From Kiritimatiellia bacterium (lineage in GTDB: Bacteria > Verrucomicrobiota > Kiritimatiellia > JAAZAB01), in the NCBI GenBank assembly GCA_040767085.1, contig JAXGPF010000008.1, forward strand, positions 214,482-278,481: a DNA stretch of 64,000 nt, given 5' to 3'. The position numbers were made by a program, and so were the translations under genes. The notes under the pieces are model-generated. The model was not told the DNA's origin. It was given only the letters and a program-made list of their open reading frames with translations, and made no database searches. The first letter of the stretch is position 1, and every line of letters begins with the position of its first letter. Positions 1 to 8,537 of this stretch are shown here, piece by piece.

Positions 1-521
1 CGTTCAGCAACGAAGTGGCATTGTTCAAAATGAGCAATGGCGCCGCGGTGCGCATTGCCGAAATGCGGGAATCGCCCGGCTTGCTGGGGCAGGAACCGGA
101 AACCTTCCGGATCAAGGGGACGCTGGGAACTTTCTCTGAAAATCGCTGGTATGAGATTCAAAGGCCGGCCATGGATCGGATTGACCTGGAGCATCTGCCC
201 AGAGCCGCCAGCGTGGTTTTGAAGGCGGAAGAAATGCGCGACCCGCTGCCGCCGGAAGTGCAGGCGGCATTCAAACGCGCCATGCATCAGCAGTCGAACG
301 AAGCCGATCTGCAAAACATGGATTTTGTGCCCCAGGGCCATGGCGGCTCGCATCCTTACCTGGTGCATGAATTCGTGGAGGCGGTGGCGCATGGACGCCA
401 GCCGGCGATCAATATCTGGGAGGCCGCGCGGTACATGGCCATGGGCGTGATGGCGCACAAGTCGGCCTTGCAGGATGGCACCACGCTGGATGTGCCGGAT
501 TGGGGCGATGCGCCGGCCTGA
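1..521 (+). CDS. Gfo/Idh/MocA-family oxidoreductase, C-terminal part (5' end outside window)
   Basis: C-terminal GHGGSHPYLVHEFVEAV...P.INIWEAARY...AHKSALQDG..LDVPDWG pattern typical of this family; first gene of a sugar operon. Confidence 0.7.
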   Translation, partial: FSNEVALFKMSNGAAVRIAEMRESPGLLGQEPETFRIKGTLGTFSENRWYEIQRPAMDRIDLEHLPRAASVVLKAEEMRDPLPPEVQAAFKRAMHQQSNEADLQNMDFVPQGHGGSHPYLVHEFVEAVAHGRQPAINIWEAARYMAMGVMAHKSALQDGTTLDVPDWGDAPA

Positions 522-620
522 CCGGATGTTATCCGCAGATTGCGCAGATTAACGCAGATGGGGGATGCGCCCTGACCGGATGTTATCCGCAGATTACGCA
601 GATTAACGCAGATGGGGGGG
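517..620 (+). repeat. Two tandem ~54-bp copies containing CGCAGATT-based 9/10-nt sub-repeats
   Basis: cctgaccggatgttatccgcagatt(g/a)cgcagattaacgcagatggggg starts at 517 and 571. Confidence 0.9.
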
Positions 621-624
621 AAGC

Positions 625-2004
625 GTGAAAATCGGATTATTGCCGTTTTACCTGGAGCTTTACGATCGGATGTGGCCGGATCGCCGGCAGCGGCTGGACC
701 AATATTATCAAAATGTGGCGGAGGCGCTGCGGCTGAAAGGGTTGGATGTTGTCACCGCGCCGGTCTGTCGGTTGGCGCCGGAATTCCGGCGCGCGGTGAA
801 AGAATTTGAAGCTGACGGGGTAGAGGCGCTGGTCACGTTGCACCTGGCATATTCGCCGTCGCTGGAGTCGGCCGATGCCCTGGCCCGCACCGGTTTGCCG
901 GTGATCGTGCTGGACACCACGCCCGACTATGATTTCGGGCCGTCGCAAAAGCCGGCAGCCATCATGGCCAACCACGGCATCCATGGCGTGCAGGATATGT
1001 GCAATTTGCTTGTGCGCCGCGGCAAGCGGTTTGCCGTTGAAGCCGGTCATTGGCAACATTCCGACGTGCTGGACCGGGTCGCGACGCGCGCGCGCGCGGC
1101 GGCCGTGGCCGGCGGCTTGCGCCGGGCGCGCGTCGGCCGGATCGGGCCGCCATTCAAGAGTATGGGGGATTTCCAGGTGCCGGACCGGGAATTGCGCCGG
1201 CAGTTGGGCGTGACGGTGGTCAGCGCCCGTCCGGAAGGTTTAAACAAGCTGGCGCGCGGCATTGCCCCTGCGGATATCAAACGAGAAATTGCGGCGCATG
1301 GCCGGATGTTTGATATCCCGCCCGCGGCGGCCGCGGCGCACCGGCGTTCGGTCCTGGCCGGCTTGACGGTGCGCCGCTGGCTTGCCAGGGAAAACCTTGC
1401 CGCGTTCAGCGTGAATTTTCTGGCCGTCGGCCGCGGCCGGGGGTTGGCGGTGATGCCGTTTCTGGAAGCCGGGTTGGCCATGGGGCGGGGGATTGGTTAT
1501 GCCGGGGAAGGCGATGTCTTGACCGCGGCGCTGGTGGCGGCCTTGCTGCGCGTCTATCCCGCGACCACGTTTACGGAAATGTTTTGCCCGGATTGGAAAG
1601 GCAACCGGATTTTCCTGAGCCACATGGGCGAATGGAATGTCCGGCTGGCCGCCCGCCGGCCGCGCCTGGTGGAGTATAAGTTCATCTTCGGCCGCGCGGC
1701 CAATCCGGTGCGGCCGGTGGGCTGTTTCAAGGGCGGCGCCGCCGTGTTCGTCAATCTCGCGCCGCTCGGCGCCGGCCGATTCCGTCTGATCCTGGCGCCG
1801 GGCCGGATGGCGGCGCCCCGCGGGCGCGATGCCCTGGCCGATACCGTGCATGGCTGGTTCCAGCCCCGGCCGCCTTTGCCCGAATTTTTAGCCGGTTACA
1901 GCCGCGCCGGCGGCACGCATCATGCCGCCCTGGTCTACGGGGCGTCCATGGCTGTCTTGGAGGGGTTCGGCGCGGAAATGGGCTGGGACGTTTTGGTAAT
2001 CTGA
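625..2004 (+). CDS. L-arabinose/L-fucose isomerase-family sugar isomerase
   Basis: GYAGEGD, FTEMF, SHMGE, GGTHH motifs of the AraA/FucI fold; between an oxidoreductase and an FGGY kinase. Confidence 0.75.
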   Translation: MKIGLLPFYLELYDRMWPDRRQRLDQYYQNVAEALRLKGLDVVTAPVCRLAPEFRRAVKEFEADGVEALVTLHLAYSPSLESADALARTGLPVIVLDTTPDYDFGPSQKPAAIMANHGIHGVQDMCNLLVRRGKRFAVEAGHWQHSDVLDRVATRARAAAVAGGLRRARVGRIGPPFKSMGDFQVPDRELRRQLGVTVVSARPEGLNKLARGIAPADIKREIAAHGRMFDIPPAAAAAHRRSVLAGLTVRRWLARENLAAFSVNFLAVGRGRGLAVMPFLEAGLAMGRGIGYAGEGDVLTAALVAALLRVYPATTFTEMFCPDWKGNRIFLSHMGEWNVRLAARRPRLVEYKFIFGRAANPVRPVGCFKGGAAVFVNLAPLGAGRFRLILAPGRMAAPRGRDALADTVHGWFQPRPPLPEFLAGYSRAGGTHHAALVYGASMAVLEGFGAEMGWDVLVI

Positions 2005-2021
2005 AATTTGGGATTTGAGAT

Positions 2022-3479
2022 GTGAAATCCGAGATTTATCTGGGTCTGGATTTGGGCGGCACCAGCGCCAAGGCGGCGGTATTCGACCGCACCGGCCGCG
2101 CGCTGGGATTCGGACGCGTCGCTTATACAACAGCCGCGCCCGCCGCCGGCTGGGCGGAGACGCCGATCGCTGCGATCCATGCTGCCGCGCGGGAAGCGGT
2201 GCGCGCGGCGTTGCGCGCGGGCCCGGGCGCGGTCCGCGCCATGGCGGTCTCTTCCCAGGGCCAGACGTTTGTGGCGCTGGACGAATCCGACCGGCCGCTG
2301 TACCCGGCGATCATGTGGTACGACAGCCGCGCCGCGGCCCAGGCGGAGCAATTGGCCGCCCGGTTCGCCGCCCGGCAGGCCGGCCCGGGGGGCATGTCGC
2401 CGATTGCGACCGCGGCCAAGATCATGTGGCTGAAGGAAAATTATCCCGAGCGGCTGCGCCGCGCGCGCCGCTACCTGTTATTGCCGGACTATTTTGCCTA
2501 CCACCTTGCCGGACGGGCGGTCATAGATGATAATACCGCCGGCACAACCGGGTTGTACCTGGAAAAATCCGCCGATTTCAGCGCTCCAGCCTTGGAAATA
2601 TGCGGCATTGCCAGGGGGCAGCTGGCGGAAATTGCGCCGCCTGGCAGCTTCATCGGCCCGCTTTTGCCGGACCGCGCCGCGGCTTGGGGGCTGGCGCCGG
2701 AAACCCTGCTCGTCGTCGGCACCAACGACCAATATGCCGGCGCGCTGGGCGCCGGCAACTGCCGGCCCGGCATGGTCACGGTGGCCTTTGGCACCTGTCT
2801 GGCCTTGCTGACGCTGACGCGCGCCCCGGCCGGCCGGCTCCCGCCGGGGCTATACGACGGCAAATTCCCCGTGCCGGGCTTACGTTACCGGCTGGCCTTC
2901 GCCAAAACCGCCGGCGTGTTGCTGGATTGGTTCCGCCGCGAATTAGGCGGGCAGTTGTCTTTCGACGAGTTGAACGCCGCCGCGCAGGCCGTACCGCCCG
3001 GCAGCCGGGGCTTGACGGTTTGCCCGCATTTTGACGGGCGGGTTTCGCCGGCGCCGGACAGCAGTCTGCGCGGCGCTCTGTTGCATCTGACGCTGCAACA
3101 CACCCGGGGCGATGTTTACCGGGCGCTGCTGGAAGCCCTGGCTTTTTGCCTGCGCGAAAACCTGGAAATGCTGGAACGCCACGGGCTGCCGGCGGAAATT
3201 GTGCGTGTGATCGGCGGCGGCGCCGGCAATGACTTCTGGATGCAGATGCAGGCGGACATTACCGGGCACGACATAGAAAGGCCGGCCCTGGCTGAAGCCG
3301 CTGCGCTGGGCGCCGCCATGCTGGCCATGGCCGGCGCCGCCGGTCCGGGCGCGGACCTGGCGGAAATCAGCGCCGGTTGCAGCCGGCCCGGCCGCGTCTT
3401 CCGTCCCGCGCCCGACCCGGCGGCCGCTTACGCCGCGGCCTACCGGCGATACCTGGCAGCCATGCCGGCCGGCGGCTAG
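2022..3479 (+). CDS. FGGY-family carbohydrate kinase (xylulokinase-like)
   Basis: LGLDLGGTSAKA, AIMWYDSR, GTNDQ, VIGGGA motifs. Confidence 0.9.
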   Translation: MKSEIYLGLDLGGTSAKAAVFDRTGRALGFGRVAYTTAAPAAGWAETPIAAIHAAAREAVRAALRAGPGAVRAMAVSSQGQTFVALDESDRPLYPAIMWYDSRAAAQAEQLAARFAARQAGPGGMSPIATAAKIMWLKENYPERLRRARRYLLLPDYFAYHLAGRAVIDDNTAGTTGLYLEKSADFSAPALEICGIARGQLAEIAPPGSFIGPLLPDRAAAWGLAPETLLVVGTNDQYAGALGAGNCRPGMVTVAFGTCLALLTLTRAPAGRLPPGLYDGKFPVPGLRYRLAFAKTAGVLLDWFRRELGGQLSFDELNAAAQAVPPGSRGLTVCPHFDGRVSPAPDSSLRGALLHLTLQHTRGDVYRALLEALAFCLRENLEMLERHGLPAEIVRVIGGGAGNDFWMQMQADITGHDIERPALAEAAALGAAMLAMAGAAGPGADLAEISAGCSRPGRVFRPAPDPAAAYAAAYRRYLAAMPAGG

Positions 3480-3513
3480 CCCGCGCTGGCCGGCCGCGCG
3501 CGGCCGCCGCAAT

Positions 3514-4374
3514 TCATCCGAACAAATGCTCGAGCGAGTCGTTGGCCGAAACCATCTTGCCGCCCGCGCTGTCTTCGAAGCGGCCATGCACCCATTTGCG
3601 CAGGCGGTACAGCGTGGCGAAGGTGAAAGACGGCGGTTCCCCGCCCTGGCCGCCCACCAGTTCGCCGCCGCGCCGGACATTATCCACCATCCATGCCGGC
3701 AGGCGCAGGTGGTAGGGATTGCGCTGGACTTCGCCGGTGTGCAGCGCCAGGGCCGCCACCAGGTCGGCCACGTCGGCTACGCTGGATTCGATCATTAAAT
3801 TCGGCTGCGGCAGCGGCGCCCAGTACTCGGTTTCGCACACCCAGCAGCAGAATTCCTTGCCGGTGTCGGACAAGGCATCGGTCACCAGGGCATTGACGCC
3901 GACATGGGTGGTGTTGGCGTCGCCGGCGTGCGGGCAGAAAATCATGCGCGGCTGATGCTGGCGCAGCAGGCCGGATATGACCGGCAAGGCCTGGCGCCAG
4001 GCGTCCGGGTGCTGCCGGCGCTGGTCCAGGTTGATTTTCTCCAGGCCGCCGGGCGCAGCCAGGAGCGTTTCGAAGCCGAGGAAGTCGCAGGCCTGGCGCA
4101 GTTCCTGCCAGCGTTCCTGGCGGCGGTCTTTGCGGCTTCCGAGCGTCACGGCGATGTCTATCACGCGCATCCTCAGTTCCCGCAAAAGCCGCAGGGGCAG
4201 GGCGCCGATGATGCATTCATCGTCAGGATGCGGGGCGAAGATCAACGCCCGCGGCGCCGCGGCCGGGGGCGGTTTGCGGCCGGCCGCGGGCGCGGGGCGC
4301 GGCCCGCGGGGCGACACTCCCACGTTCAACAAACGTGCTTGTTCAGCCACGAATTTATGATAAACATGCCGCAT
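3514..4374 (-). CDS. PIG-L/LmbE-family deacetylase
   Basis: APHPDDE zinc motif, PHAGDANTTH, ETEYW. Confidence 0.85.
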   Translation of the reverse strand: MRHVYHKFVAEQARLLNVGVSPRGPRPAPAAGRKPPPAAAPRALIFAPHPDDECIIGALPLRLLRELRMRVIDIAVTLGSRKDRRQERWQELRQACDFLGFETLLAAPGGLEKINLDQRRQHPDAWRQALPVISGLLRQHQPRMIFCPHAGDANTTHVGVNALVTDALSDTGKEFCCWVCETEYWAPLPQPNLMIESSVADVADLVAALALHTGEVQRNPYHLRLPAWMVDNVRRGGELVGGQGGEPPSFTFATLYRLRKWVHGRFEDSAGGKMVSANDSLEHLFG

Positions 4375-4541
4375 GCCGTACTCCTCCTTGCAACAATGAA
4401 ACGCTGGAAAGCAATTTGATTAAATCAGTTTAAAGCTGCTGTTGCAAATAAAAACGCAAACTGTATCATAGGGCGCGCGTCCGGTCAGGGTCCCCGCGGG
4501 CCCGGGGCGCGCGATGACTGCAAGCAACCCGGGAGCAAACC

Positions 4542-6296
4542 ATGCATGACGGTTTAAAGCAATTTCTGACGGCGCGCGATTTCCTGCTGCGCGCCGCCTC
4601 CTTCGAGGAAATGCGCCGCGAATTCCGCTGGCCCGACCCCGTTCAGTTCAACTGGGCGCTGGATTATTTTGACGGATGCGCCCTCGGCAATCGGGCGCCG
4701 GCGTTGATCATGGAGGATGAATCCGGCGCCGAAACCATCTGCAGTTTTGACGAGTTGCGCCGGCGCTCGAACGCCATGGCGAATTTTTTCAAGGAGCAGG
4801 GCGTCGCCAAGAACGATTGCCTGCTGTTGATGATGAACAATTCGCTGGAATTGTTTGTCGTGCTGCTGGCAGCCATAAAAATCGGGGCGGTGGTTTCGCC
4901 CGCCTCCGTGCAGTTGACCGCGGCCGATGTCCGCGATCGCCTGTCCCGCGCCAAAGTCCGGGCCGTGATGGCCGACGCAGAGTTGCTGGAAGAAACCGGG
5001 GAACTGGCCGATGTTTTGCGGCGCGCTCCGCTCAGATTCGTGAACGGCCATGCCCGCCCGGGTTGGGTGCCGCTGCAGCATGCCGAAAACTGCTCCGACC
5101 GGTTTGTCAATCCCTTGCCGACTTTTTCCACGGACCCCTGCCTGTTGTATTTTACCTCCGGTGCGACGGCGCATCCCAAGATGGTGCTGCATTCGCATGT
5201 CAGTTATCCGGTCGGGCATCTGGTCACCATGGCCTGGATCGGTGTGCGTCCCGGCGACATGCATTACAATATCAGCGCACCGGGCTGGGGCAAGCATGCC
5301 TGGAGTTCGTTTTTTGCCCCGTGGAATGCCGGCGCCACGATTTGCCTCCGGCAATACGCCCGGTTTGACGCCCGCCGGACACTGGAATTCATCGCGCGCC
5401 GCAAGATCACCACGCTCTGCGCCCCGCCATCCGTCTGGCGGCGCTTCCTGCTGGAGGATATGGCCGCGTACCGTTTCAGCCTGCGGGAAATTGTCAGCGC
5501 CGGGGAGCCGCTCAACCCGACAATCATCAACCGCGTGCGCCAGTGCACCGGCATCACGATCCGCGAAGGATACGGCCAGACGGAAACCGTCCTGCAGATT
5601 GGCGCCTTTCCGAACATGCCCGACCGCGCCGGCGCGATGGGCCTGGCGGCGCCCGGGTTCGACGTGGCGGTGGTCGGCCCGGACCTGCTGCCCGTGCCGC
5701 CCGGGATCGAGGGCCAGATCGCCCTGCGCGTCTCCGCCGCGCGTCCCCTGGGTCTGATGAAAGGCTACCGCTGCGCGCGCGAACGCGAAGACGATGTTTT
5801 TGTCGGCGGATGGTACCTGACGGGCGATATGGCGGTGCGCGATGCGGAAGGCTATTTCCAGTTTGTGGGGCGCAACGACGATGTCTTCAAATGTTCCGAC
5901 TACCGCATCAGCCCGTTCGAGGTCGAGAGCATCCTGCTGGAGCATCCCGCCGTGGTCGAAGCGGCCGTGGTGGCCAGCCGCGACGATGCCCGCAACGGGT
6001 TTGTGCCCAAGGCTTTCCTCGCGCTCCGTCCCGGCTGCGAAACCACGGCGGCCATGGCGCTGGATATCTTCCGGTTCTGCCGCCAGCGCATGGCGCTTTA
6101 CAAGCGCCCGCGCCGGCTGCAATTCATGCCGGAGTTGGTGAAAACCACGAGCGGCAAATTGCGCCGGGTCGAATTGCGGGAGCATGACAACCTCCTGCGG
6201 CAGCATAAACAGCGCGGCGATCTCGAATTCATGGAGAGTGATTTTGCCGATGAGTTGCATGCCGGCCCGGCGCCGGGCGGAGCCCCCGCTACATGA
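4542..6296 (+). CDS. AMP-binding acyl-CoA synthetase (medium-chain/ACSM-like)
   Basis: YFTSGATAHPKMVLH, EGYGQTET, GRNDDVFK, KTTSGKLRR. Confidence 0.9.
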   Translation: MHDGLKQFLTARDFLLRAASFEEMRREFRWPDPVQFNWALDYFDGCALGNRAPALIMEDESGAETICSFDELRRRSNAMANFFKEQGVAKNDCLLLMMNNSLELFVVLLAAIKIGAVVSPASVQLTAADVRDRLSRAKVRAVMADAELLEETGELADVLRRAPLRFVNGHARPGWVPLQHAENCSDRFVNPLPTFSTDPCLLYFTSGATAHPKMVLHSHVSYPVGHLVTMAWIGVRPGDMHYNISAPGWGKHAWSSFFAPWNAGATICLRQYARFDARRTLEFIARRKITTLCAPPSVWRRFLLEDMAAYRFSLREIVSAGEPLNPTIINRVRQCTGITIREGYGQTETVLQIGAFPNMPDRAGAMGLAAPGFDVAVVGPDLLPVPPGIEGQIALRVSAARPLGLMKGYRCAREREDDVFVGGWYLTGDMAVRDAEGYFQFVGRNDDVFKCSDYRISPFEVESILLEHPAVVEAAVVASRDDARNGFVPKAFLALRPGCETTAAMALDIFRFCRQRMALYKRPRRLQFMPELVKTTSGKLRRVELREHDNLLRQHKQRGDLEFMESDFADELHAGPAPGGAPAT

Positions 6297-7273
6297 ACCC
6301 GCTCCGCCATCCTCTGTATCCGCTGCGGCTGCAGCCGGCCTACCAGCATTATCTCTGGGGCGGCGACCGGATTCCGAAGGTTTTTCGCCGGGCTTTGCCG
6401 CCCGGGATTTATGCTGAGTCGTGGGAAGTGTCCGACCGGGCCGAGGGCTCGAGCATCGTGGCGGACGGACCGCTGCGGGGGTGGACCTTGGAGCGCCTGA
6501 TCCGCGCCCGCGGCGCGGAGGTGCTCGGCGCCGCCCAGGCATCGGGACGTTGCCCCTGGCTGATCAAACTGATCGACGCCCGCGAGCGTTTAAGCGTCCA
6601 GGTCCACCCGGACCGCCGCGCCGCCGCGGCACATGGCGGCGAACCCAAAACCGAGGCGTGGTACGTGCTGGGCGTTGACGGCCCGGCCGCAGTTTACGCC
6701 GGATTCAAGCAGGGTGTTAGCGCCGCGGCGCTGCGGCGGGCCCTGGCCGATGCCAGCGTGGAAAATCTGCTGGAAAAAGTGCCGGTGGCCCCCGGCGATT
6801 TGATTTTTGTGCCCGGCGGCCTGGCGCATGCCATCGGCGCCGGCTGCCTGTTGCTCGAGGTGCAGCAGAATTCCAACACGACTTACCGGATTTACGACTG
6901 GGATCGCCTGGGGCCGGATGGCCGGCCCCGGGAATTGCATGTCGAGCAGGCGTTGCGCGCCATGCACTGGGAAGCGCGTCCGGAAATTGTGCGCGCCGCG
7001 GCGTCCGGCCCCGGCGCTTGGCAGGCGCTGATCGATACGCCCTTTTTTACAATCGGCCGGCTGGCGCAGGCGTCCGCGCAGCAGCCGGCCGCCTTGCCGC
7101 CGTCGGACCGCTGCCAGGCGCTGTTTGTCGCCTCCGGCGCGGCGCGGCTGACGGCGCCGGACGGTTGGGAATGCGCATTGCCTGCCGGCAGTTCGGTCCT
7201 GATCCCCGCCGCCGTCCGCGGCTGCCGGCTGGCGCCGGACGGCGACCCGGCCGAAATCATCCGGATCGGATGA
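6293..7273 (+). CDS. manA: Class I mannose-6-phosphate isomerase
   Basis: LWGG, KLIDARERLSVQVHP, KTEAWY, HAIG, EVQQNSNTTYRIYDW. Confidence 0.85.
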   Translation: MNPLRHPLYPLRLQPAYQHYLWGGDRIPKVFRRALPPGIYAESWEVSDRAEGSSIVADGPLRGWTLERLIRARGAEVLGAAQASGRCPWLIKLIDARERLSVQVHPDRRAAAAHGGEPKTEAWYVLGVDGPAAVYAGFKQGVSAAALRRALADASVENLLEKVPVAPGDLIFVPGGLAHAIGAGCLLLEVQQNSNTTYRIYDWDRLGPDGRPRELHVEQALRAMHWEARPEIVRAAASGPGAWQALIDTPFFTIGRLAQASAQQPAALPPSDRCQALFVASGAARLTAPDGWECALPAGSSVLIPAAVRGCRLAPDGDPAEIIRIG

Positions 7274-7285
7274 CCGGCGCCGGCG

Positions 7286-8155
7286 TCATTGCAGCGGCAC
7301 GGCATCGGAACGAGCCTGCTGGCCGGGATATTCCCGCGCCAGCCGGGCGTGGTCTTCCTCCGCCATGATGAAATGCAGGGCGCCCAGGTTTTCCGCCAGG
7401 TGCGCCGGGGTGCGCATGGTGGAAAGGGTGGCAACGTTGGGTTGGGCGATCAGCCAGTTGATGGCGATCTGGGCGGGCGTGGCGCCGTATTTGCGGGCTA
7501 TTTCGATCAGCAGCGGCGGGGCCTGACCGATTAACAATCCTTTTTGCACCGGCCGCCAGGCGACGGTCAGGATGCCGCGGCCGGCGCAGAATCCCAGCAG
7601 TCCCGCGCGTTCCGGTTCGCGGAAGATCAGGTTGTAATGCGCCTGCGAGGCGGCAAGCGGGCGGGCCGCCAGGCCGGCGGCGGCGCGCGCGCGTTCCGGT
7701 GAAAAATTGCTGATGCCGATCTGCCGGATGACGCCTTCCGCCGCCAGCCGGTTCATGGCCCGCATGGTTTCCTGCAAGGGAATTTCCGGATTGGGTTTGT
7801 GGATGTAATAGAGGTCCAGATAATCCGTGCCCAACCGGCGAAGCGATCCTTCCGCGGCGCGCAAGACGTCGTCGTGCCGCAGGTGCGCGCCGGAGACCTT
7901 GGAAGCCAGGAATAAATCCGGACGCCGGCGGCCGGCAATGGCGCGGCCGACCAGCGTTTCGGCATGGCCGGCGGCATAAATTTCCGCTGTATCGATATGG
8001 GTGATGCCGGCGTCCAGGGCGCGGACAATGGCGGCAATGTCACGCGCGTCGTCGTTGGCGGGATTGCGGTTGAAATCGCCGCCCATACGCCAGGTGCCTA
8101 ATCCGAAAACGGGTATTGGCCGGCCGCCGCCGGTTTTGCATGGAATTGTCATCAT
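7286..8155 (-). CDS. Aldo/keto reductase
   Basis: GLGTW, HIDTAEIY, SLRRLGTDYLDLYYIH, IGISNFS; start moved to MMTIPCK. Confidence 0.9.
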   Translation of the reverse strand: MMTIPCKTGGGRPIPVFGLGTWRMGGDFNRNPANDDARDIAAIVRALDAGITHIDTAEIYAAGHAETLVGRAIAGRRRPDLFLASKVSGAHLRHDDVLRAAEGSLRRLGTDYLDLYYIHKPNPEIPLQETMRAMNRLAAEGVIRQIGISNFSPERARAAAGLAARPLAASQAHYNLIFREPERAGLLGFCAGRGILTVAWRPVQKGLLIGQAPPLLIEIARKYGATPAQIAINWLIAQPNVATLSTMRTPAHLAENLGALHFIMAEEDHARLAREYPGQQARSDAVPLQ

Positions 8156-8258
8156 GAATGGCTGTCCTCGGTCCTCCGCTGCTGCGCGCCCGCCGGACAT
8201 AGTAACCGGCGGCGCGCCGGCAGGCAACCGCCAAATGCGCACCCGGCGCAAATGAACA

Positions 8259-8287
8259 TTGACAAATCGCCATGCCGGCATTAAAAA
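8259..8287 (+). promoter_or_regulatory. Putative sigma70-type promoter for the MATE leader
   Basis: TTGACA (8259-8264), 17-nt spacer, TAAAAA; imperfect -10. Confidence 0.4.
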
Positions 8288-8537
8288 CCCGCTCGAATCA
8301 ATCACACGGAGAAACGATGCCAATTAGTGCCTCAAACTCTGCAAACTGCCGAAATAAACAAGAAAAATTAGCCGGCAGCTTACATGGTTCAAAGCCCGGT
8401 GCAAGTGCAGGAGGCAGGTGCAGGTGTGGTCAGTCCGGCATAGCCGGACGTGGAGATGGTTCCGGATTTGTTCCGTATCAAACTACACTTGGACTTGCAG
8501 CTCGCGCCGCCACACCGGAGGGCAGGAGCGTGCGGCC

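Noticed and set aside
517..620. Possible mini-CRISPR
   Set aside because: Head-to-tail duplication without unique spacers; no cas genes
4554..6542. 662-aa minus-strand ORF
   Set aside because: Antisense shadow of the acyl-CoA synthetase, typical of high-GC codon bias
8384..8460. Cobalamin or FMN riboswitch call for the MATE leader
   Set aside because: Only fragments resemble them (CCGGUGCAAG; AGUCCGG...GGAGA); the conserved cores are missing
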